Shown piece by piece: positions 9,855-17,826 of a stretch of DNA of 64,000 nucleotides. Below the pieces are notes generated by a model that did no database searches, had not been told where the DNA came from, and saw only the letters and a list, made by a program, of their open reading frames with translations. The position numbers and the translations under genes are program-made. Origin of the DNA: an uncultured Candidatus Rokubacteria bacterium (GTDB lineage: Bacteria; Methylomirabilota; Methylomirabilia; Rokubacteriales; DASRDR01); NCBI GenBank assembly GCA_963708025.1, contig CAVPSB010000025.1:160001-224000 (forward strand), written 5' to 3'. Position 1 is the stretch's first letter; each line of letters starts with the position of its first letter.

Positions 9855-12002
9855 ATGCGGACGCTCGGCGAGCTGCTCTCGGAGATCCCCCGCTACCAGC
9901 CCGGGGCCGACCTGGACCTGGTCCGGCGGGCCTACGCGTTCTCCGAGGAGGTCCACGACGGCCAGCGTCGGATGTCCGGCGAGCCCTACCACGTCCACCC
10001 CCTGGAGGTCGCCGGCCTCCTGGTGGACTTCAAGATGGACGTCACCACGGTCACCGCCGGCCTCCTCCACGACGTCCTCGAGGACACCGCCACCAGCAAG
10101 GACATCCTGGCCGAGCGCTTCGGCGCCGACATCGCCGAGCTGGTGGATGGCGTGACCAAGATCGGCAAGCTCGCGTTCGCCAGCCGCGAGGAGCGCCAGG
10201 CGGAGAACTTCCGCAAGATGCTGGTCGCGATGGCCCGGGACATCCGGGTCCTCATGATCAAGCTGGCCGACCGGCTCCACAACATGCGCACGCTCGAGTA
10301 CCTGCCGAGCGACAAGCGGCGCAAGATCGCCCAGGAGACCCTCGACATCTACGCGCCGCTCGCCCACCGGCTCGGCATGGCCAAGGTCAAGGGCGAGCTG
10401 GAGGACCTCGCGCTGAGGGTGCTTCACCCCGAGGCGTATGACGATCTCCAGCGGCGCGTGGCCAAGCGGCGGCTCGAGCGCGAAGCCGAGATCAACCAGG
10501 TCATCGCGATCCTGTCGAAGAAGCTCGGCGAGGTGGGCATCCAGGCCCAGATCACCGGGCGGCCCAAGCACTTCTTCTCGATCTTCAAGAAGATGCAGCA
10601 GGGCCGGGAGTTCGACGAGATCTACGACCTGACCGCCGTCCGGCTCCTGGCCCCGACGGTCCGCGACTGCTACGGCGCGCTGGGCGTCGTCCACTCCCTC
10701 TGGAAGCCGGTCCCCGGGCGGTTCAAGGACTTCATCGCGATCCCGAAGTCCAACATGTACCAGTCGCTCCATACCACCGTGATCGGCCCCAAGGGCGACC
10801 CGATCGAGATCCAGATCCGGACGCCCGAGATGCACCGGATCGCCGATGAGGGGATCGCGGCCCACTGGCTCTACAAGGAGAAGCGCGGCAAGGACGGCTT
10901 CGACCAGGCCTTCGTCTGGCTGCGCCAGCTCCTCGAGTGGCAGCAGGAGATGAAGGACCCCCGGGAGTTCATGGAGACCGTCAAGGTCGACCTGTTCCCG
11001 GACGAGGTCTACGTCTTCACGCCCAAGGGCGACGTGAAGGCGCTCCCCGAGGGCTCTACCCCGATCGACTTCGCCTACGCGATCCACACCGAGGTGGGCA
11101 ACCACTGCGTCGGCGCCCGGGTGAACGGCAAGCTGGTGCCGCTCCGGCAGCCGCTCCGCCAGGGCGACATCGTGGAGGTCGTGACCTCCCCGACCCAGAA
11201 GCCGTCCCGCGACTGGCTGAAGGTCGTCCGCTCGACCCGGGCCCGCTCGAAGGTCAAGCAGTGGCTCCGGACCGAGGAGCGGGCGCGCTCGGTGATGATG
11301 GGGCGGGAGCTGCTCGAGCGCGAGGCCAAGAAGCACCGGCTGGCCCCGACCACGCTGCTGGAGTCCGCCGAGATGGCGAAGCTGGCGGTGGAGCACGGCT
11401 ACTCGACCGTCGACGATCTCCTGGCCGGGCTCGGTTACGGCAAGACGTCGGTCCAGACCGTGATCGCGCGCTTCCTCCCGGCCGAGACCCAGGCCGAGAC
11501 GAAGCCCGAGCCGGCGCGACCCACGAAGGCGCTGGCCCGGTCCCGCGGGGAGTCCGGCATCACGCTCAAGGGCGTGAACGACGTCCTGGCCCGCTTCGCG
11601 AAGTGCTGCACGCCGGTGCCCGGCGACCCGATCGTCGGCTTCATCACGCGGGGCCGGGGCATCACCGTCCACACCCGGGACTGCCCGAACCTGGCGGCGG
11701 GCGCGGTGGAAACCGAGCGCACCGTCGAGGTCGAGTGGGACATCGCCGAGAAGCTCCCGCTACCGGTCAAGATCGCCGTGTTCATCGGCCGCGACCGGCC
11801 CGGCCTGCTCGCCGAGATCTCGACCGCCATCTCCTCCCGGCAGGTCAACATCGTCAAGGCGGAGGTGACGGTCACCGAGGATCGGAAGGGCATCAACCAC
11901 TTCACGGTGGAGGTGGCCGACCTCGATCAGCTCCAGGGCGTGATGGGGGCGATCGGCGCGATCAAGGACGTGATAGGCGTCGAACGAGTCCGTGGTCTGT
12001 AG
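9855..12002 (+). CDS. relA: Bifunctional (p)ppGpp synthetase/hydrolase (long RSH)
   Basis: HD domain (HDGQRRMSGEPY, LHDVLEDT, KLADRLHNMRT), synthetase GRPKH...YQSLHT...EIQIRT, TGS (VFTPKG), C-terminal ACT. Confidence 0.95.
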   Translation: MRTLGELLSEIPRYQPGADLDLVRRAYAFSEEVHDGQRRMSGEPYHVHPLEVAGLLVDFKMDVTTVTAGLLHDVLEDTATSKDILAERFGADIAELVDGVTKIGKLAFASREERQAENFRKMLVAMARDIRVLMIKLADRLHNMRTLEYLPSDKRRKIAQETLDIYAPLAHRLGMAKVKGELEDLALRVLHPEAYDDLQRRVAKRRLEREAEINQVIAILSKKLGEVGIQAQITGRPKHFFSIFKKMQQGREFDEIYDLTAVRLLAPTVRDCYGALGVVHSLWKPVPGRFKDFIAIPKSNMYQSLHTTVIGPKGDPIEIQIRTPEMHRIADEGIAAHWLYKEKRGKDGFDQAFVWLRQLLEWQQEMKDPREFMETVKVDLFPDEVYVFTPKGDVKALPEGSTPIDFAYAIHTEVGNHCVGARVNGKLVPLRQPLRQGDIVEVVTSPTQKPSRDWLKVVRSTRARSKVKQWLRTEERARSVMMGRELLEREAKKHRLAPTTLLESAEMAKLAVEHGYSTVDDLLAGLGYGKTSVQTVIARFLPAETQAETKPEPARPTKALARSRGESGITLKGVNDVLARFAKCCTPVPGDPIVGFITRGRGITVHTRDCPNLAAGAVETERTVEVEWDIAEKLPLPVKIAVFIGRDRPGLLAEISTAISSRQVNIVKAEVTVTEDRKGINHFTVEVADLDQLQGVMGAIGAIKDVIGVERVRGL

Positions 12003-12123
12003 CCGGGCCGATGACCGTCGCATCCCGTCGTCCTCGGGCGGCGCCCATCCTCGGCGTACCAGGGCGTACGCCTCCGGTGGGCGCCGCCCTGCGTCCTAGG
12101 GCTGCTCGGTCCTCGACCCGGCT
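12002..12123. repeat. Family C palindromic intergenic element, copy 1
   Basis: AGCCGGG...CCCGGCT ends; core CCGTCGCATC..ATCCTCGGCGTAC..GTACGCCT..CCCTGCGTCC..GGCTGCTCGG shared with 21137-21268. Confidence 0.75.
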
Positions 12124-12161
12124 ATCCACATTCACGACATAGCTGAGACGCACGCCCTCCG

Positions 12162-13019
12162 ATGATGCGGGACGTGGTGACGGTGGCCCCCGGCGTGCGG
12201 ATCCATTACCGGAGGCTCGGGAGCGGCCCCGGGATGGTCCTCCTGCACGGGTTCCCCGAGACGGGGCACATGTGGCGGAAGGTCATGCAGGCCCTCGCCG
12301 ATCGGTTCACCGTCGTCGCCCCCGATCTCCGCGGCTACGGCGACTCCGATCGCCCGGCCGGCGGCTACGACAAGCGGACGATGGCCGCCGACGTCGCCGA
12401 GCTGATCCGCGTCCTCGGGCTGGCGCCGGTCATGCTGGTCGGCCACGATCGGGGCGCCAGGGTCGCCCATCGCTTCGCGCTCGACCACCCGGACCTGCTC
12501 ACCCGGCTGGTCCTCCTCGACATCGCGCCCACCTACGACGTCTTCGCCCAGCTCGACCAGCAGCGGGTGCGGCGCATCTGGCACTGGCTCTTCCACCAGG
12601 TCCCGGACCTGCCGGAGGCGCTGACCGCGGGCCGCGAGGACATCTACCTCCGCCACTTCTACCGGGCCCTGGCGTACAACCCGGCCGCGATCGAGGAGGA
12701 GGCCATCCAGGAGTACGTGCGCTGCTTCCGCCAGCCCGGCGCCATGCGGGCGGCCTTCGAGGACTATCGGGCGGGGGGGTCCGTCGACCTCGAGCACGAC
12801 GCCGGCGACCGCCAGCGCAAGGTGGCCGCGCCGACGCTCGTTCTCTGGGGCCAGAGCCGCACGTCCCAGGCGGCCGACATGCTCGGCGCCTGGCAGGCGC
12901 GGTGCGAGCGCGTCGAGGGCTTCCCCGTCCCCGACTGCGGCCACTTCATCCCGGAAGAGCAGCCGTCGGTGGTCGTCCGCGCCGTCCTCCGGTTCGCCGC
13001 CGAGGGGGCGGCGGCGTGA
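12162..13019 (+). CDS. Alpha/beta hydrolase, haloacetate (fluoroacetate) dehalogenase-like
   Basis: LLHGFPET, nucleophile elbow GHDRGAR, LDIAPT, WHW, EDYRAG, GHFIPEEQP. Confidence 0.85.
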   Translation: MMRDVVTVAPGVRIHYRRLGSGPGMVLLHGFPETGHMWRKVMQALADRFTVVAPDLRGYGDSDRPAGGYDKRTMAADVAELIRVLGLAPVMLVGHDRGARVAHRFALDHPDLLTRLVLLDIAPTYDVFAQLDQQRVRRIWHWLFHQVPDLPEALTAGREDIYLRHFYRALAYNPAAIEEEAIQEYVRCFRQPGAMRAAFEDYRAGGSVDLEHDAGDRQRKVAAPTLVLWGQSRTSQAADMLGAWQARCERVEGFPVPDCGHFIPEEQPSVVVRAVLRFAAEGAAA

Positions 13020-13035
13020 ACAGGGGGAGCCGGGC

Positions 13036-13416
13036 GTGAAGCTGACGCGGCGGCAGTTCGAGGCGCTGGTGGATCGGGCCGTCACCCGCCTGCCGCGACG
13101 CTTCCGGGAGAAGCTCGAGAACATCGCCGTGGTGGTCGAGGACTGGGCGGACGAGGCGACGCTGGCCGAGATGGAGATCGAGCCGCCCGACACCCTCTAC
13201 GGGCTCTACCGCGGCACCGACCTGACCCGCCGGGATTCGTTCTACGGGGGCGTGCTGCCCGACGTGGTCACCATCTACCAGGGGCCCATCCAGGAGGACT
13301 GCGACTCGATCGAGGAGATGGAAGCCCTGGTCGTGGACACCGTCGTGCACGAGATCGGCCACTACTTCGGTCTCGACGACGACCGCCTCGAGGAGCTGGA
13401 GTCCGACCAACCCTAA
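13036..13416 (+). CDS. Zincin-like metallopeptidase (DUF1025 type)
   Basis: LYGLYRG, LPDVVTIYQGPI, HEIGHYFG (HExxH). Confidence 0.88.
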   Translation: MKLTRRQFEALVDRAVTRLPRRFREKLENIAVVVEDWADEATLAEMEIEPPDTLYGLYRGTDLTRRDSFYGGVLPDVVTIYQGPIQEDCDSIEEMEALVVDTVVHEIGHYFGLDDDRLEELESDQP

Positions 13417-13524
13417 GGCCTGCCGCGAAATAACTGTCCCAGGTCATCGGTCGGGCTGCTCAATGATTCCCTCCCACGCCGGCAGGAAACCGAAGGAGAT
13501 CTGGTCCACTTATTTCGCCGCAGG

Positions 13525-15306
13525 CTAAGTCCCGAGCGGACGCGGCGTCTCGCCGGCCAGATCGACCAGCCACCGCCGGAGCCGGCGGTGACCCCGCAGG
13601 CGGCGCAGGTACCCGGCTTCGTCGGTTCCGCCCTTCGCCCGGATCGCCTCCAGCAGCGCGCGGCGCTCGCGCGGCCGCCAGGTCTCGAGGTCGGGGATCA
13701 GCGCCAGCACCAGGGCCAGCCGCTCGAGGGCGAGCCGCTCCGGCGGCGGCCACGCCCGCCAGCCGCCCGCGCCCAGCGCCCGTGCCACCCGCGCCGCCAG
13801 GCCGGCCGGACTCGCGTGGCGCCCGGCCGCCGCGGCCGCGGCCCGAAGCCCGAGCCGCCGCACGTCGAGCGCCGTCGCCTGGCCAGGGGCCAGCGTGGCG
13901 ATCATGCCGGCCTCGGCGAGCTGCGCCAGCGTCGCCCGTGGTGAGCGGTAGCCGGGCTCGGCGCGGATCCGCCGCCGCTCGCTCACCGCGAGGCGCGCGA
14001 TGTCCGGCCGTTCCGAGCGGAAGCCGAGCTTGTCGTAGAACCAGAAGGCCCCCGAGTCCAGCGCCTCGTCGTTCTGATAGCCGATCTGGTACCGGCTCAG
14101 CGAGACGACCCGGACGCCGAGGTGCTGGCCGAGGAACGCGAGGAGCCGGACGAAGATGAAGGCCGACTCGCCCTGACGGAAGGTCTCGAAGACGTTGTAG
14201 GCCAGCTCCACGCGCTCGAAGAGGAGCGAGGCGTCGCCATAGCCGACCGGCAGGCCGTTCTTGAGAACCAGGTACCCGTAGTGAGCCCGCAGCGGGAGCC
14301 GGTGTGCCGGCCGCAGGCCGAACCAGGCGATCTGGACGCCGCGCCCGAGATCCGCCACGCGCACGTCGGCCGGCTCGGCGAAGTTGAAGGCGTGGACCTC
14401 GCGGTAACGGACGAGGACCGCCGCCCGGGCGGCGTCGAGGAGCGCCGTCGCCTCGTCCCGTCCGGCCTGGCGGACCGCGACCGGCGCGCCCGGGAGCCAC
14501 CGCCGGAGCCGCCCGCGCACCCGCCGGAGCGGGCCGCGGTGGAAGAAGATCCGCGGCGCCGGCAGCCGGAGCCGCGTGCGCGAGGCGGGGCCGTCGCCGA
14601 GCCGCCAGCGCGTCCGCACGGCCATCGCGTCGTACGCCGCCTGCCGCGCGCCGGCGTCGGGGCCACCCGCGAGGCCGCCCAGGATCGCGGCGAGGTCGCT
14701 GCCCGGGCCCGGCCCCCGGACCGCGGCGAGCCACTCGCGGTAGGGCACGCCCACCTCCACCAGCGCCTCCTCGGCCGCCAGCCCGGAGAGCCAGGGCAGG
14801 AGCGTGCCCACCGCCGTCTCGGTCTCGGCATCCTGCCAGTCCAGCTCGACGGCGTCGGGAAAGCGCGTGGCGAGCCACCGGGCTGCCGCGTACGACAGCG
14901 GACAGTAGAGGGTGGTGCCGGCCATCCCGGTCTCGTCGAGCCGCTCGGGGTGGCCAAGGGCCGCGACGCGGGCGGGGATCGCCGCGAGCGCCTCCTCCAC
15001 CGCGCCGAGCGTCCCGGGCCCGTCCGGGTACGCCCGGAGGAAGCACAGGGCCTCGTGGTAGCGGAGCAGCAGGTCGGGCTCCCGGATCCGGCCACGGGCC
15101 AGCGCGGCTAGCAGCTCGCGCCGGGTCGCACGCTCCGCCGGGCCGAAGCCATTCTTGGTGCGCTCCAGGAGCGCGACCAGCTCGTCGATCCGGGCCGGCA
15201 ACGGGGGCTTCGGCGGACCCGCTCGCCAGTGCCGGAGCCGGGCCCCGGGGAGGCCGCGGCCGTTAACGCGACGCCGTTTCCGCGACGACGGTTTGACCTG
15301 CGACAA
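13525..15306 (-). CDS. Large hypothetical protein with a GNAT-like C-terminal region (start uncertain)
   Basis: Long ORF with protein-like composition; LKNGLPVGYG...NVFETFRQGE...NDEALDSGAFWFYDKLGFR resembles GNAT motifs A/B. Confidence 0.75.
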   Translation of the reverse strand: MSQVKPSSRKRRRVNGRGLPGARLRHWRAGPPKPPLPARIDELVALLERTKNGFGPAERATRRELLAALARGRIREPDLLLRYHEALCFLRAYPDGPGTLGAVEEALAAIPARVAALGHPERLDETGMAGTTLYCPLSYAAARWLATRFPDAVELDWQDAETETAVGTLLPWLSGLAAEEALVEVGVPYREWLAAVRGPGPGSDLAAILGGLAGGPDAGARQAAYDAMAVRTRWRLGDGPASRTRLRLPAPRIFFHRGPLRRVRGRLRRWLPGAPVAVRQAGRDEATALLDAARAAVLVRYREVHAFNFAEPADVRVADLGRGVQIAWFGLRPAHRLPLRAHYGYLVLKNGLPVGYGDASLLFERVELAYNVFETFRQGESAFIFVRLLAFLGQHLGVRVVSLSRYQIGYQNDEALDSGAFWFYDKLGFRSERPDIARLAVSERRRIRAEPGYRSPRATLAQLAEAGMIATLAPGQATALDVRRLGLRAAAAAAGRHASPAGLAARVARALGAGGWRAWPPPERLALERLALVLALIPDLETWRPRERRALLEAIRAKGGTDEAGYLRRLRGHRRLRRWLVDLAGETPRPLGT

Positions 15307-15335
15307 CCGTCGTCCCAATCCGGAACGTTTTTTAC

Positions 15336-15400
15336 TTGACACGAGTTTCACTTGCCTCTAGTGTTTCAGCGACTGCTGAAAATGACGGAACAAGTGAAAC
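15336..15400 (+). promoter_or_regulatory. Sigma70-type promoter with operator inverted repeats
   Basis: TTGACA (15336-41), 17 nt, TAGTGT (15359-64); GTTTCACTTG...CAAGTGAAAC and TTTCAGC-GACT-GCTGAAA inverted repeats. Confidence 0.75.
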
Positions 15401-15401
15401 C

Positions 15402-16448
15402 ATGGTCCGTATCAATGAAATCAAGAAGGACGCGGCCCACCGCTTGCGAGAGCTCTTTCCCCGTGCTCAGGATTGGCAGGAGCTTATGGACTCCCGTGTC
15501 GGGGAACAGACGGTCGATCTGCTCGTCCGGTTCCGGATGGGAGCGGAGGTCAAGACGCTGATCTGCGAGGCGCGCCCGGTGGGGCAGCCCCGGTACATCC
15601 GGGAGATGCTGACGCGCCTGCGAGGGCTCCGGGAGCAGGTGCCCGGCGCCTATCCCGTGACCGTGGCGCCGTACATCAGCCCGCAGTCGGCGGCGCTCGT
15701 CCGCCAGAACGGCTGTGGCTACCTGGACCTGTCCGGGAACTGCTACCTGGCCTTCGACAACGTGCTGATCGAGAAGGAGGGCAAGCCGAACGTCCGCCCG
15801 AGCAACCGCCCCCTCAAGACGCTCTTCGCGCCCCGGGCGACGCGCATCGTGCGCGCGCTGCTCGTGGACCGCGACCGGAGCTGGCGGCTCGAGGAGCTGG
15901 GCCGGGCCGCCCAGGTGAGCCTCGGCCACGCGCACAACGTGGTCAAGCGGCTCGAGGACCTCGAGTGGGTGGAGCGAAGCTCGGCCGGCCGGTTCCGGCT
16001 GCAGAAGCCCGGGGAATTGCTCGAGGCCTGGCGCGACGAGTACACCTATCGCGCCAACGGGATGGCCGCCTTCGTGGCGCCGGTGGGCGACAAGCGGCGG
16101 ATCATGGAGAGCCTGGCGCGCCAGGCGGAGGCGCTGGGGTTTCCCTACGCGTTCAGCCTGCACGCCGGGGTCTCCCTCGTCGGACCCCAGGTGCGGGTCC
16201 CCACCGTCCACTGCTACGTCGGCGGCGACCCCGAGGCCATGGCGCGCGCCCTGGGACTCCAGCCCGTGGAAGGCGAGGGGACGGTCTATCTCATGACTCC
16301 GTACGATCAGGGCGTGTTCTTCGCGCCGGTCGTGAAGAGCGGCCTCCGGGTCGTCAGCCTGCCCCAGCTCTACGTGGACCTCTACCACTACGAGCGCCGG
16401 GGCCGGGAGCAGGCCGACAAGCTGCGCCGGGACGCGCTGGGCTTCTAG
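15402..16448 (+). CDS. AbiEi_2/DUF2186-like winged-helix regulator (type IV antitoxin-like)
   Basis: APYIS...GYLDLSGNCYL, wHTH (LEELGRAAQVSLGHAHNVVKRL), PGELLEAW, VVSLPQLYVDL...RGREQA. Confidence 0.75.
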   Translation: MVRINEIKKDAAHRLRELFPRAQDWQELMDSRVGEQTVDLLVRFRMGAEVKTLICEARPVGQPRYIREMLTRLRGLREQVPGAYPVTVAPYISPQSAALVRQNGCGYLDLSGNCYLAFDNVLIEKEGKPNVRPSNRPLKTLFAPRATRIVRALLVDRDRSWRLEELGRAAQVSLGHAHNVVKRLEDLEWVERSSAGRFRLQKPGELLEAWRDEYTYRANGMAAFVAPVGDKRRIMESLARQAEALGFPYAFSLHAGVSLVGPQVRVPTVHCYVGGDPEAMARALGLQPVEGEGTVYLMTPYDQGVFFAPVVKSGLRVVSLPQLYVDLYHYERRGREQADKLRRDALGF

Positions 16449-16524
16449 GGGATCTGATCGGCCCCGCGCCGGCGTGCGCGAATCGGGGCGCGCGCGGCGG
16501 GGCCCGGGAAGGGGGTGAGAACTG

Positions 16525-16560
16525 ATGGCGACCAAGAAGAAGGCCAAGAAGAAGAAGTAG
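16525..16560 (+). CDS. Lys-rich micropeptide 1 (MATKKKAKKKK)
   Basis: SD-like GGGGGTGA, ATG...TAG; paralogous to the two following units. Confidence 0.65.
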   Translation: MATKKKAKKKK

Positions 16561-16635
16561 AGCCGTGCGACGGCGGAGCGGCCAGCCCGGCCGGCTCCGT
16601 CACTCCGATTCCACGGGAGGGAGGTGAGAGACAGA

Positions 16636-16671
16636 GTGGCGAAGAAGAAGGCGGCGAAGAAGAAGAAGTAG
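16636..16671 (+). CDS. Lys-rich micropeptide 2 (MAKKKAAKKKK)
   Basis: SD GGAGGTGA upstream of GTG; 111 bp after unit 1. Confidence 0.68.
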   Translation: MAKKKAAKKKK

Positions 16672-16746
16672 CCCGGTGTTACGGCGGGGAGGGGGTACAG
16701 CCCCTCCCCGCCTCCCCGGTGCTCCCGAAGGGAGGTGAGAGACAGA

Positions 16747-16785
16747 GTGGCGAAGAAGAAGGCCGCGAAGAAGAAGAAGAAGTAG
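16747..16785 (+). CDS. Lys-rich micropeptide 3 (MAKKKAAKKKKK)
   Basis: SD GGAGGTGA upstream of GTG; 111 bp after unit 2; synonymous GCG/GCC change and a whole-codon AAG insertion relative to unit 2. Confidence 0.68.
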   Translation: MAKKKAAKKKKK

Positions 16786-16842
16786 TGTGGGATCGGGCCG
16801 GGGGCGACTCGAACCCCCGCCCGGCACTTACTCCCGAGATTC

Positions 16843-16879
16843 GGCCGCCGAGGACGGTTGCCACCTCCTCGGCGGCCGG
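16843..16879. terminator. GC-rich hairpin between the micropeptide array and convergent rpmB
   Basis: GGCCGCCGAGGA...TCCTCGGCGGCC stem; weak T-tail. Confidence 0.4.
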
Positions 16880-16944
16880 TCGTTTCGGGCCCCTGACCGT
16901 CGCGATCTCCATGTCGGCCGTGGCCCGGTCGTTTTTCGGTCCGG

Positions 16945-17136
16945 TCACACCGCCTTGGCGACCTTGCCGGAGCGCAAGCAGCGGGTGCACACCCGGACCC
17001 GGCGGGTCCGGCCGTTCACGACCGCCCGGACGTTTGCCAGGTTCGGCAGCCATCGCCGCCTGGAGACGTTGTGAGCGTGGCTGATCTGGTTACCGACCAC
17101 GGGGCCCTTGCCGCAGTAATCGCAGCGCTGCGCCAT
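16945..17136 (-). CDS. rpmB: 50S ribosomal protein L28 (Zn-ribbon form)
   Basis: MAQRCDYCGKGPVVGNQISHAHNVSRRRWLPNL...VCTRCLRSGKV; divergent from recG. Confidence 0.96.
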   Translation of the reverse strand: MAQRCDYCGKGPVVGNQISHAHNVSRRRWLPNLANVRAVVNGRTRRVRVCTRCLRSGKVAKAV

Positions 17137-17172
17137 GCGCGACTCCTCAAAAGAAATGACGCCCCTTCTGCC

Positions 17173-17816
17173 GCGGGGCGACGCACTTCTATACCACGCT
17201 GGGAGCCGCGAAACAAGCGGGGATTTCGCGGCCAGCCCGCAACCCGGCGTCCTGGCGCGGCTTTTCGATGCGGATCGGCGAATCGCCCGCCTCAGGGGAA
17301 CCCCGGATGCCTGCGGCGAGGGGGGAGTGGGCCGATGGAACGGCGTGTGGCCGGACTGGTCACCAGCCGCAGGATGTGTTACCAACAGGCGTGCCGGTGA
17401 CGGAGCTGCTGGAGTGAACGGACAGCCAGACGAGTCGAAGCTGGACGTCGTGCGGGCCTACCTGAGCCGGGCATTTCCCGGGCACGACCAGCTCGACCAC
17501 CTGAGCCTTCGCCGCCGTGGGGTCCTCTTCCAGATCCTGAGCCGTGGGCGGCTCGTGCATCGGCTCGTCGTGCCCGAGACGTTCCTGGCGGACCACCCGG
17601 CATCGGAGATCGCAGAGCTGCTCGAGGCCCACCACATCGCGACCGTCCTCGGCCAGGCGGCCTGGCGCATCGTGGTCCTGGCGGACGACGGTCCCAGCAT
17701 CCAGGAAGAACCGACGTAGCGGCTCCGGCGCGGTGTTCGAGCACCGTCCAGTCGGTGCCGGCCGACCCCTCGGGATGACGATGGGGCTTGCTGCGGGGCG
17801 ACGCACTTCTATACCA
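17173..17816. repeat. 24-bp perfect direct repeat (17173-17196 and 17793-17816) flanking a small ORF
   Basis: GCGGGGCGACGCACTTCTATACCA at both positions. Confidence 0.9.
17414..17719 (+). CDS. Hypothetical protein (~101 aa)
   Basis: GTG start, GC3-biased codons, globular-looking sequence; no family recognised. Confidence 0.6.
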   Translation: MNGQPDESKLDVVRAYLSRAFPGHDQLDHLSLRRRGVLFQILSRGRLVHRLVVPETFLADHPASEIAELLEAHHIATVLGQAAWRIVVLADDGPSIQEEPT

Positions 17817-17826
17817 TGAACGCGCG

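Noticed and set aside
16505-16790. CRISPR or type III TA RNA array
   Set aside because: The conserved part is SD plus an open mini-ORF with synonymous variation; repeats are not palindromic and no cas/ToxN gene is adjacent. A purely RNA role is not fully excluded
16795-16825. tRNA or att-site fragment (minus strand GGGGGTTCGAGTCGCCCCCGG)
   Set aside because: T-loop-like only; the T-stem has a mismatch and no cloverleaf or CCA can be built
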